DNA from: Candidatus Saccharimonadota bacterium
GTDB taxonomy: Bacteria; Patescibacteriota; Microgenomatia; UBA1406; GWC2-37-13
Length of the DNA stretch: 32,000 nucleotides
Assembly: GCA_016432445.1 (NCBI GenBank)
Contig: CP066689.1
Span: 1,050,001 to 1,082,000 of the forward strand
Direction: 5' to 3'
The notes below the pieces were generated by a model. It was not told the DNA's origin, did not search any database, and was given only the letters and a program-made list of their open reading frames with translations. Every line of letters begins with the position of its first letter. The stretch's first letter is position 1. Position numbers and translations under genes: made by a program. Of this stretch, positions 9,054 to 16,323 are shown in pieces.

Positions 9054-9068
9054 GGATTTTGGATTTTT
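9054..9068. repeat. HEP-A-type mini array GGATTTTGGATTTTT
   Basis: Two units lie directly upstream of the ATG of ORF 7984-9048 on the minus strand. Confidence 0.5.
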
Positions 9069-9144
9069 ATTGATATAACTATAACAAAATTTATAAGATA
9101 ACAACAGTAAATATTAAAAAAATCTCCTACTAAATTAATTGCAA

Positions 9145-9173
9145 TTGACTTTATTAAAAATAATGTATACTAA
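9145..9173 (+). promoter_or_regulatory. candidate tkt promoter TTGACT-17-TACTAA
   Basis: Consensus-like -35 at 9145-9150 and an AT-rich -10 region. The ATG at 9186 would leave a leader of only a few nt. Confidence 0.35.
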
Positions 9174-9185
9174 ATATCTAAATAT

Positions 9186-11150
9186 ATGAACTCGAAGATT
9201 AAAGACCTCTGCAAACTGCTTCGATATGATGTTATAACCTCAACCACTGCCGCCGGTTCTGGACACCCTACAACCTGTCTTTCCGCTATAGAACTCATGG
9301 GAACATTATTTTTTAAAGGCTTTTTCCATTTTGATCCTGACCATCATGAAAGTATTCTTAACGACCGTATTATTTTTTCTAAAGGCCATGCTGCTCCCCT
9401 ACTTTATGCGTTATACCATGCAGCTGGATTAATAAGCCAAGATGATATTTTAAGTTTGCGTAAATTTGACTCTGTTTTTGAAGGACATCCTACTCCGAGA
9501 TTTAAGTACGTTGATGTTTCCACTGGTTCTCTAGGTCAAGGATTGTCAATAGGCGTGGGAATGGCATTAGGAATAAAAACCAAAATCCAAATGTCAAATG
9601 TCAAAATTAAAAGAGAACCTAAGGTATGGGTATTGATAGGAGACTCAGAAATAGCTGAAGGACAGGTTTGGGAAGCTATGGAAATAGCCTCACATTACAA
9701 ACTTAACAATCTGGTTGCCATACTTGATGTTAACCGTTTAGGTCAAAGAGGAGAAACAATGCTTGGATGGGATCTTAAAACTTATGAAAAACGAGCTCAA
9801 GCTTTTGGCTGGGAAACAATTGTTATCAAAGACGGCCATGATATTGAGGAAATAAAAAACGCATATCATCATGTCGACGAACGCCCAACGACGAACGCAA
9901 AACCCACAATGATCATCGCAAAAACCATAAAAGGCAAAGGCGTTTCCTTTCTTGAAAACAAAGATAACTGGCACGGTAAACCAGTACCTAAGGATAGATT
10001 AGAGGAAGCTTTAAAAGAATTGAGTAAAGTTAACCTTAAGGTAAGAGGAACAGTAACCAAACCAAAATTAGTTAAGGGTTTAGAGTTAAGGGTTTTGGGT
10101 AAAACTCAAAACTCTCAACCCTCAACCATAAACTATAAACCTGGAGCAATGGTTGCCACCCGTGAAGCTTATGGCGATGCTCTTGTTACATTAGGAGAAA
10201 AAAATCCCAACTTAGTAGTACTTGACGCTGAAACCTCAAACTCAACCTACGCTGATAAATTTAAAAATAATTTTCCTGAAAGATACTTTGAGATGTATAT
10301 TGCCGAACAAAATATGATCTCAGTCGCTTTAGGATTTTCTAAATTAGGATTTATTCCTTTTATCTCCAGTTTTGCCGCTTTTTTAACCCGATCTTTTGAT
10401 CAAATACGTATGGCTCAATACTCAAACGGCAATGTAAAAATATGCGGATCACATGCTGGGGTATCAATTGGCTCAGATGGTCCTTCGCAAATGGCATTGG
10501 AAGATATATCAATGATGAGAAGCATACTAGAAAGCACTGTTTTTTACCCATCAGATGCTGTTTCCGCTTATAATCTGGTTTATCAAAGTATGAGTACATC
10601 TTCTCTTACTTACATCCGCACCACTCGGGAAAAAACGCCCATTTTATATAGCTCTCAAGAAAAGTTTACTGTTGGTGGATCAAAAATTTTAAAACAAAGC
10701 AAAAATGATGATGCGGTTATTTTTACTGCCGGAATCACAGTCCATGAATCTCTTAAAGCTTACGAGGAACTAAAAAAAGAAGGAATTAATGTTTGCGTTG
10801 TTGATCTTTACTCCATCAAACCAATTGATTCGTTAACCATCCACAATCTAGTAGGGACAGGTCGCGACCTGTCCCTACCTAAAATCAATAACGTCATTGT
10901 TGTTGAGGATCATTACCCATATGGTGGCCTCGGCGAAGCCGTAATGTCGCAGATCAAAGATCTAACATCGAAGATCTCCTTCACTCACCTGGCTGTCAAT
11001 AAAATCCCCCGTTCAGGCACACCCGAAGAACTTTTAGCCTACGAAAAAATTAATGCCGCTGCTATCGTTAAAATATGTAAGGGCGTATTGCAATACGCCC
11101 CTACCTCACTCAAAAAAACCGTAACGGCAAAGGAACAACTTACCGCTTAA
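9186..11150 (+). CDS. tkt: transketolase, N- and C-terminal halves fused
   Basis: The N half has GSGHPTTCLS, GDSEIAEGQVWEA and WHGKP. The C half has ATREAYGDAL, EQNMISVA and HAGVSIGSDGPSQ. It contains six repeat-derived in-frame segments (see repeats). Its 3' end overlaps the convergent ATPase by 11 nt. Confidence 0.9.
   Translation: MNSKIKDLCKLLRYDVITSTTAAGSGHPTTCLSAIELMGTLFFKGFFHFDPDHHESILNDRIIFSKGHAAPLLYALYHAAGLISQDDILSLRKFDSVFEGHPTPRFKYVDVSTGSLGQGLSIGVGMALGIKTKIQMSNVKIKREPKVWVLIGDSEIAEGQVWEAMEIASHYKLNNLVAILDVNRLGQRGETMLGWDLKTYEKRAQAFGWETIVIKDGHDIEEIKNAYHHVDERPTTNAKPTMIIAKTIKGKGVSFLENKDNWHGKPVPKDRLEEALKELSKVNLKVRGTVTKPKLVKGLELRVLGKTQNSQPSTINYKPGAMVATREAYGDALVTLGEKNPNLVVLDAETSNSTYADKFKNNFPERYFEMYIAEQNMISVALGFSKLGFIPFISSFAAFLTRSFDQIRMAQYSNGNVKICGSHAGVSIGSDGPSQMALEDISMMRSILESTVFYPSDAVSAYNLVYQSMSTSSLTYIRTTREKTPILYSSQEKFTVGGSKILKQSKNDDAVIFTAGITVHESLKAYEELKKEGINVCVVDLYSIKPIDSLTIHNLVGTGRDLSLPKINNVIVVEDHYPYGGLGEAVMSQIKDLTSKISFTHLAVNKIPRSGTPEELLAYEKINAAAIVKICKGVLQYAPTSLKKTVTAKEQLTA
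9581..9608 (+). repeat. HEP-A heptamer array, in frame in tkt
   Basis: CAAAATCCAAATGTCAAATGTCAAAATT encodes KIQMSNVKI. Confidence 0.9.
9875..9903 (+). repeat. HEP-F heptamer array (CGACGAA/CGCNNAA)n, in frame in tkt
   Basis: The units CGACGAA CGCCCAA CGACGAA CGCAAAA encode DERPTTNAK. Confidence 0.8.
10071..10140 (+). repeat. HEP-H inverted heptamer arrays (GTTNNGG)x4 / (NNNNAAC)x6, encoding the linker between the transketolase halves
   Basis: The units are GTTAAGG GTTTAGA GTTAAGG GTTTTGG GTAAAAC TCAAAAC TCTCAAC CCTCAAC CATAAAC TATAAAC. They are translated as VKGLELRVLGKTQNSQPSTINY. Confidence 0.8.
10851..10878. repeat. PAL28 perfect copy, in frame in tkt
   Basis: The same 28-mer, translated as VGTGRDLSL. 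Confidence 0.95.
10950..10978 (+). repeat. HEP-C degenerate array, in frame in tkt
   Basis: CAGATCAAAGATCTAACATCGAAGATCTC encodes QIKDLTSKI, to be compared with KIQDLRSKI in LeuRS. Confidence 0.7.
11077..11104. repeat. PAL28 variant GTAAGGGCGTATTGCAATACGCCCCTAC at the 3' end of tkt
   Basis: Same length and same GTA.GG/CC.TAC ends as the perfect copies. The core differs but is perfectly self-complementary (GGGCGTATTG/CAATACGCCC). Translated as KGVLQYAP. Confidence 0.8.
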
Positions 11151-13650
11151 TGATCTTTTTTATCAAACCTATTCCGGGTAGAACTAACATTGTCACTATA
11201 AGGAGTTCTAAAAATAATGGTGTAGTTATCATCTCAACTTTAAAAAGTTTAGATAAACTTGGTATATTCACAATCATAAACTGATTAACAATAGGAATTG
11301 CAAATGCTATCAAAAATGCTTTTGAAAGAAAGCTTTTAACATGTTTATTAATAGAACGGTGAGATAACCAAAGATCAACAAAAACAAAAGACTGAATCAT
11401 GGCCAGCACTGAAAAAGCAGCAGTTTTACCAACGTCTTCTCCGTTTGATTTAAATAAAAAATAAGAGACCATCACCAAAGATGTTGCTAAAAAAGCAACT
11501 AGAATAATATATCGTTTATCAAAATTATTAAAAAGACTCAATTTTTTTTCCGGAGGTTTATTCATTAAATGATCTTCACGGGGTGAAAATGCCAAAGCTA
11601 AAGCAGGGATTCCATCACTGATGAAATTTATATAAAGTATTTGGACAGCGCTAAAGAAAGCAGGCACACCCAAGATAAGTCCAGTCATAAGCGCTAAGGC
11701 TTCTGTAGCATTGGTTGATAATAAATATTTAATAGAGTTTTTAAGATTCTTTACAATATTCCTGCCTTCCTCAACCGCACTAATAATGGTTGCAAAATTA
11801 TCATCCATAATCACAATATCAGAAGTCTCACGAGCTACATCAGTACCTACCTTCCCCATAGATATTCCAACATCCGCCTGCTTTAATGCAATCGCATCAT
11901 TAACACCGTCTCCTGTTACAGCCACTATCTCTCCTAATTTTTGATACAAAGATACAATTCGGCTTTTATGAAGAGGTGTTGTGCGGGCAAATATTTTTAC
12001 TTTAGGCAGTTTTTCTAATAATTCCTCGTCCGTATAACTCTCTATTTGCTTTCCTGTTAAAATCAGATCGCCTTCTTTAATAATGTTCACGGCTACTCCA
12101 ACTGCCTCAGCTGTTTTTTCATTATCGCCGGTTATAATCACAACTTTAATACCGGCGCGATAGGCTTTTTCCACTGCTCCTTTTACCTCAGGTCTTGGAG
12201 GATCGTGGATGGCGACCATACCGATGAATATTTGATCTTCGATCTTAGATCTTAGATCTTGGTATGAAAACGCGATAACCCTGTAGCCTTTTTTCGTCCA
12301 ATGATCCAGTGTTTTCTCGACTTCATGTCTTCTTTCTTGGGTAAACTCCACCTCTTTTCCCGCGATCAAAATTTTTCCGCATTTCTCCAAAATAGCCTCC
12401 GGAGCTCCTTTAATAAACATTATTTCTTTATTATCTTTTTTTACCACCACACTCATTGTCTTGGTTAAAATATCAAATGAACCTTCTTTTATAAACTGCC
12501 ATTCTGTTCTTAATTCTTCAGGATCTATACCAAAATGCTCTCTGGCAAAAAGCAGTAAAGAACCTTCTGTTGGATCACCCAAAACTTCCCAGGAATTATG
12601 ATCATGAACATAAACTAAAGAAGCCGTGGAACATAAAATTCCATTAGTGATTAATTTTTTAAGCGAAGGATTATCATGCGGAATTGACTGATGATCTTCA
12701 AATATCTTTCCGTCGGTTAAAATTTCCTTTATTCTCATATCGTTACTAGTTAAGGTACCGGTTTTATCTGTCGCAATAAGAGTTATATTGCCTATAGCTT
12801 CAATTGCCTCAAGTCTTCTCACGACTGCCTTTTTCTTGGCCATCTCTTTTACTCCTAAAGCTAAAGTAATTGTCGTTACTGCCGGCAACCCTTCAGGTAC
12901 AATAGCTACTGCTAAAGATATCGCCAGTAAAAATGCAGGAAAGTAACCGGAGCCGTTAATAAACGATAATCCTAGAACTGCTATAGAAAAAATAATGCCG
13001 ACAACTCCGATTATTTTAAGCAAACTATTGAGCTTGCGCTGAAGAGGAGTAGAAGTTTTTTCAATTTTGGAAAGACTGTTGGCTATTTGTCCAAATCTGG
13101 TTTTCATTCCAGTTTGAGTTATCTGCGCTTGCGCCCGGCCTTTAAATATAACTGTCCCCATAAATATCTCATCACCTGCATATTTATATACAGGTATAGA
13201 CTCACCGGTTAAAGAAGCTTCATTAACCTCAAGATTAACTGCCTTAAAAACTTTAGCATCAGCCGGAATCTTCATACCTTCCTCAATGAGAATGATGTCT
13301 TTAGGCACTAAAAAACTGCTGTCAATCTCCATTTCTTTCCCATCTCTAATTACTCTTGATACTGTAACTGCCAATTTCTTTAAGGCACTTATTGCTTCCT
13401 CTGCTTTTCTTTCTTGATAAATCTTAAAGACAGCATTTAAAAAAATAATAGCTAAGATAAGTGAACCGTCAATGATTTCACTAATGAAAAATGATATGCC
13501 GGCTGCTCCAAGTAAAAGAAGAGTCAAAACATCCTTAAACTGTCTTAAAAAAATTAAGATCAGACTGTCTTTACGCGTCTCTTCAATAACATTAAGCCCA
13601 TGCGTCCTTAAAAGACGCTCCACTTCTGGTGATGAAAGACCCTTTAACAT
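11140..13650 (-). CDS. cation-transporting P-type ATPase (P2-type, Ca2+/Mg2+-like)
   Basis: Motifs present: DKTGTLT phosphorylation site, PEGLPA in TM4, TGDN, GDGVNDAIALK, and TGES in the actuator domain. I prefer the ATG at 13650 (MLKGLSSPE). The ORF-track start at 13659 is a TTG inside a repeat. Confidence 0.9.
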   Translation of the reverse strand: MLKGLSSPEVERLLRTHGLNVIEETRKDSLILIFLRQFKDVLTLLLLGAAGISFFISEIIDGSLILAIIFLNAVFKIYQERKAEEAISALKKLAVTVSRVIRDGKEMEIDSSFLVPKDIILIEEGMKIPADAKVFKAVNLEVNEASLTGESIPVYKYAGDEIFMGTVIFKGRAQAQITQTGMKTRFGQIANSLSKIEKTSTPLQRKLNSLLKIIGVVGIIFSIAVLGLSFINGSGYFPAFLLAISLAVAIVPEGLPAVTTITLALGVKEMAKKKAVVRRLEAIEAIGNITLIATDKTGTLTSNDMRIKEILTDGKIFEDHQSIPHDNPSLKKLITNGILCSTASLVYVHDHNSWEVLGDPTEGSLLLFAREHFGIDPEELRTEWQFIKEGSFDILTKTMSVVVKKDNKEIMFIKGAPEAILEKCGKILIAGKEVEFTQERRHEVEKTLDHWTKKGYRVIAFSYQDLRSKIEDQIFIGMVAIHDPPRPEVKGAVEKAYRAGIKVVIITGDNEKTAEAVGVAVNIIKEGDLILTGKQIESYTDEELLEKLPKVKIFARTTPLHKSRIVSLYQKLGEIVAVTGDGVNDAIALKQADVGISMGKVGTDVARETSDIVIMDDNFATIISAVEEGRNIVKNLKNSIKYLLSTNATEALALMTGLILGVPAFFSAVQILYINFISDGIPALALAFSPREDHLMNKPPEKKLSLFNNFDKRYIILVAFLATSLVMVSYFLFKSNGEDVGKTAAFSVLAMIQSFVFVDLWLSHRSINKHVKSFLSKAFLIAFAIPIVNQFMIVNIPSLSKLFKVEMITTPLFLELLIVTMLVLPGIGLIKKIIKR
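12233..12262 (-). repeat. HEP-C heptamer array, in frame in the P-type ATPase
   Basis: The plus strand reads TGATCTTCGATCTTAGATCTTAGATCTTGG. The sense strand encodes QDLRSKIEDQ. Confidence 0.9.
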
Positions 13651-13750
13651 AAAATTCAAATATCAAATGTCAAAAAAATAATATTCGTCATTTGATATTT
13701 GGAATTTGGATTTGATTTGACATTTGAAATTTGGATTTTGGATTTAATTG
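13651..13750. repeat. HEP-A inverted heptamer arrays between the ATPase start and the HEPN-like ORF end; contains a 50-nt unit at 13664-13713
   Basis: CAAATGTCAAAAAAATAATATTCGTCATTTGATATTTGGAATTTGGATTT matches 14272-14321 at 48/50 positions. Further ATTTGNN units follow. Confidence 0.9.
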
Positions 13751-14230
13751 AATCAGTGATTGGTGTGTCTTTTCCATTGTCTGTGTAATCTGGGTGATGA
13801 TTTTTTGTGATTCTTCAAAGCTAATGCTCTTAAGATTATGAGGAAAATAATGAAAAATTTGATTACGCCCGCCTTTCCAAGTCATCCAAATCTCCTCAGC
13901 CAATTCTTTTCCTGCATTATTGATTATTTTTTTATACAGTGATTTTTCTCCTAAACGTACCATCAAAAATGGCGAGAGCAGTTTACCTAAACGTAAGTGA
14001 TCGGAGATATAATCAAGATGAGAAATAAAACCAATATCTTTAAACAATGTTTTTAAGTAACCCTCATAAGCTTTTGCGTAAGGAAAAACTAAAAAAGAAT
14101 AATCTTTAAATTTATAAGGACAGCTGGAGATAACATTGTTGATGAGATAATCGCCTTCAAGAAGAAGATCTTTTTGATTTTGAGAAAGATAATCCCAAAA
14201 CTCATTCCTTACACTATTTTTCGTATCCAT
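13688..14230 (-). CDS. HEPN-like protein (RN-x3-H motif), no partner gene
   Basis: GGRNQIFHYF has the spacing of the DUF86/HepT-type RNxxxH catalytic motif, in a predicted all-helical ~180-aa protein. It has its own TTGACA-17-TATATA promoter. The last ~20 codons are read from heptamer repeats. The family call is tentative. Confidence 0.45.
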   Translation of the reverse strand: MDTKNSVRNEFWDYLSQNQKDLLLEGDYLINNVISSCPYKFKDYSFLVFPYAKAYEGYLKTLFKDIGFISHLDYISDHLRLGKLLSPFLMVRLGEKSLYKKIINNAGKELAEEIWMTWKGGRNQIFHYFPHNLKSISFEESQKIITQITQTMEKTHQSLIQLNPKSKFQMSNQIQIPNIK

Positions 14231-14236
14231 TGAAAC

Positions 14237-14265
14237 ATTATATACGAAAATTAAATCCAAATGTC
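14237..14265 (-). promoter_or_regulatory. promoter TTGACA-17-TATATAAT for the HEPN-like ORF, with the -35 supplied by a HEP-A heptamer
   Basis: The minus strand reads TTGACA-TTTGGATTTAATTTTCG-TATATAAT-GTTTCA-ATG. Confidence 0.5.
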
Positions 14266-14328
14266 AAAATCCAAATGTCAAAAAAATAATATTTGTCATT
14301 TGATATTTGAAATTTGGATTTTGGATTT
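14253..14328. repeat. HEP-A inverted heptamer arrays between the HEPN-like ORF start and the rplA stop; contains a 50-nt unit at 14272-14321
   Basis: This is a direct repeat of 13664-13713 with 2 mismatches. Its minus strand supplies the TTGACA of the HEPN-like promoter. Confidence 0.9.
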
Positions 14329-14332
14329 TACT

Positions 14333-15118
14333 TTATATTTGTTCAATATTTAACCTTAGAGAGGGGCTCATGGTTGTTTTGACGAAAGCTCCAAGAATAT
14401 GATTTCTGCCTACTGACTTTAAGAAAGCGCTAATATTTTTATCTAGCTCTTTTTCCTCAGATGATATCTTACCTATCATCTGGTGAATTAAAGGAAATTT
14501 AGGTTCTGTTTTCCAACGGGTTACACCTTTGGAAAATTTTTTCACCAATTCTTCAGGATTAGGTGAGATTGTGCCGGCTTTAGGATTGGGCATTAAGCCT
14601 TTCGGACCTAATACTTTAGCAAATTTGGCGAGCTTTGGCATGAAAGATGGATGGGTCACTAAAACATCAAAATTCATATTTCCTTTTTCCAGTTCTGACA
14701 AAAGATCATCGCTTACAACAGCTACTCTAACGCTTTTTCCGATTGAAAAAGGAAGCTCTGCCTCACCTCTTAAACCGGTTTTATCAACGTTTAAATGTAC
14801 CTCAACGGATTCATCAAACTTTGCATATTTGATTTTCTTCAGATTAGATATCGCTTCAGGAATAGAATATGTTTTTTTTGTATCAATGGCTTTTTTGGCC
14901 GTTGAGTATTTCTTTCCCCGCTGACGGACTTGAGTTTTAGCTTGCCTTTTTCCCGTTTTTTTTACTTTAACCTCGGTAGGTTTTGTCTCTTCCTTCTCTT
15001 GGCTAACTACAACTTTAGTGGAAGTAGCTTTTTTTTGTACAGATTTTTCTTTCTGTTCTTTTTTTTGTTTTTTTTCTTCTTCTTCTAAACCTAAAGTTCT
15101 AGTTCTGATTTTTCCCAT
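14333..15118 (-). CDS. rplA: 50S ribosomal protein L1 with ~60-aa Lys/Glu-rich N-terminal extension
   Basis: The L1 core is recognisable: KKYSTAKKAID...YSIPEAI, GKSVRVAVV, NFDVLVTHP, LGPKGLMPNPKAGT. I chose the ATG at 15118 because the sequence upstream of it is the same 69-nt block that precedes the rplK ATG. Confidence 0.9.
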   Translation of the reverse strand: MGKIRTRTLGLEEEEKKQKKEQKEKSVQKKATSTKVVVSQEKEETKPTEVKVKKTGKRQAKTQVRQRGKKYSTAKKAIDTKKTYSIPEAISNLKKIKYAKFDESVEVHLNVDKTGLRGEAELPFSIGKSVRVAVVSDDLLSELEKGNMNFDVLVTHPSFMPKLAKFAKVLGPKGLMPNPKAGTISPNPEELVKKFSKGVTRWKTEPKFPLIHQMIGKISSEEKELDKNISAFLKSVGRNHILGAFVKTTMSPSLRLNIEQI

Positions 15119-15119
15119 A

Positions 15120-15188
15120 TTTTTATTGAGATTCAAGATTCAGGATTCAAGAATTTATTCGTAAATCGTGAATCGTAAATCATGAATC
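15120..15188. repeat. HEP-D 69-nt block (GATTCAR)x3, spacer, (NTRAATC)x4, abutting the rplA start
   Basis: 68/69 identical to 15628-15696. It ends 1-2 nt from the rplA ATG (15118). Confidence 0.95.
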
Positions 15189-15198
15189 GTAACTTATA

Positions 15199-15624
15199 TT
15201 AATTTTCAACATCAATCCCCATTGATCTTGCGGTGCCGGCCACTATCTTCATAGCGCCGTCAACATCTTGCGTGTTTAGATCATTTATTTTTTCTTTAGC
15301 AATTTCCTCAACCTGAAATTTTGTTAGTTTTCCAACCTTCTCCGTGTTTGGCTTTCCTGAACCTTTTTGCAAACCGATTTTCTTCTTAATCATGGCTGCA
15401 ACTGGAGGAAGTTTGGTAATAAAAGTAAAGCTTCTGTCTTCATAAACAGTAATAACTGCAGGAATTATCTGGCCTTTAAGCTTGGCTGTGTAAGCATTAT
15501 ATTCTTTAATAAAATCCATGATCGGCACCCCATGTTGACCTAAAGCTGGTCCAACTGGAGGAGCTGGCGTTGCCTCCCCTGCCGGCAGATTAAGTTTTAA
15601 GATTGTTTTAACTTTTTTAGCCAT
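15199..15624 (-). CDS. rplK: 50S ribosomal protein L11
   Basis: [24 protein letters not shown] and the C-terminal GTARSMG are canonical L11 sequences. Confidence 0.95.
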   Translation of the reverse strand: MAKKVKTILKLNLPAGEATPAPPVGPALGQHGVPIMDFIKEYNAYTAKLKGQIIPAVITVYEDRSFTFITKLPPVAAMIKKKIGLQKGSGKPNTEKVGKLTKFQVEEIAKEKINDLNTQDVDGAMKIVAGTARSMGIDVEN

Positions 15625-15627
15625 ATA

Positions 15628-15696
15628 TTTTTATTGAGATTCAAGATTCAGGATTCAAGAATTTATTCGTAAATCGTGAATCATAAATCATGAATC
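15628..15696. repeat. HEP-D 69-nt block abutting the rplK start
   Basis: 68/69 identical to 15120-15188. It ends 3 nt from the rplK ATG (15624). Confidence 0.95.
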
Positions 15697-15701
15697 AAGA
15701 T

Positions 15702-16286
15702 TTATAACTTTGCTACTTGCAAAAAATCTAACTCTACAGGAGTTTCACGATCGAAAATCGAGACTAACACTTTTACCTTGCCTCGTCCTTCATCAATAGA
15801 TTCAATTGTGCCCAAGAAATCGGCAAACGGACCTTCGGTGATCTTCACTGCCTCGCCGACTGAGAATTTCGCTTTAAATTTAGGCTGTTCCTGCTGGACA
15901 AATCTCATAATGGCTTCTACTTCTTTTTCTGAGATAGGTGTTGGTTTAAGACCAGCACCGACAAAACCTGTCACACCCTCAGTAGTACGGACAACAAGCC
16001 ATGATTCATCATTAAGAATCATTTTTACTAAGACATAGCCGGGAAAGACTTTTTCAGTAGCTTTAGATTTTTTTCCTTTTTTAACAACCACTATCTCACG
16101 AGTAGGAATAATAATATCAAATATCTTATCTTCAACACTTAAGCTCTTAACTCTTTGTTCAAGAGCATGTTTAACACGGGCCTCGTAACCTGTCTGCACG
16201 TGAATAACATACCATTTGGCAGAATCCGAAGCTGAAGACGTTGTTTCAGACTGTTTCGACTGTTTTGTTTCTTCTGTCACTGTCAT
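15702..16286 (-). CDS. nusG: transcription termination/antitermination factor NusG
   Basis: NGN domain KWYVIHVQTGYE...PGYVLV and KOW motif FSVGEAVKITEGPFADFLGTI. Synteny is secE-nusG-rplK-rplA. Confidence 0.95.
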   Translation of the reverse strand: MTVTEETKQSKQSETTSSASDSAKWYVIHVQTGYEARVKHALEQRVKSLSVEDKIFDIIIPTREIVVVKKGKKSKATEKVFPGYVLVKMILNDESWLVVRTTEGVTGFVGAGLKPTPISEKEVEAIMRFVQQEQPKFKAKFSVGEAVKITEGPFADFLGTIESIDEGRGKVKVLVSIFDRETPVELDFLQVAKL

Positions 16287-16323
16287 AAGTTATTAAAAAA
16301 GATTTACACGGATAAAAAGCGGA

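Noticed and set aside
13651-14328. Clustered short repeats flanking a small ORF could be mistaken for a CRISPR array or leader.
   Set aside because: The repeat period is 7 nt and there are no unique 25-40 nt spacers. Units are degenerate and arranged as inverted arms. No cas genes are present in the window.
15120-15188. The duplicated rplK/rplA leader as a canonical L1-binding operator mimicking the 23S L1 stalk.
   Set aside because: The block is AT-rich heptamer repeat with no G-rich asymmetric-loop motif like known L1 sites. It belongs to a repeat vocabulary also seen at 16551-16615. It is kept as a finding only as an unexplained duplicated leader.
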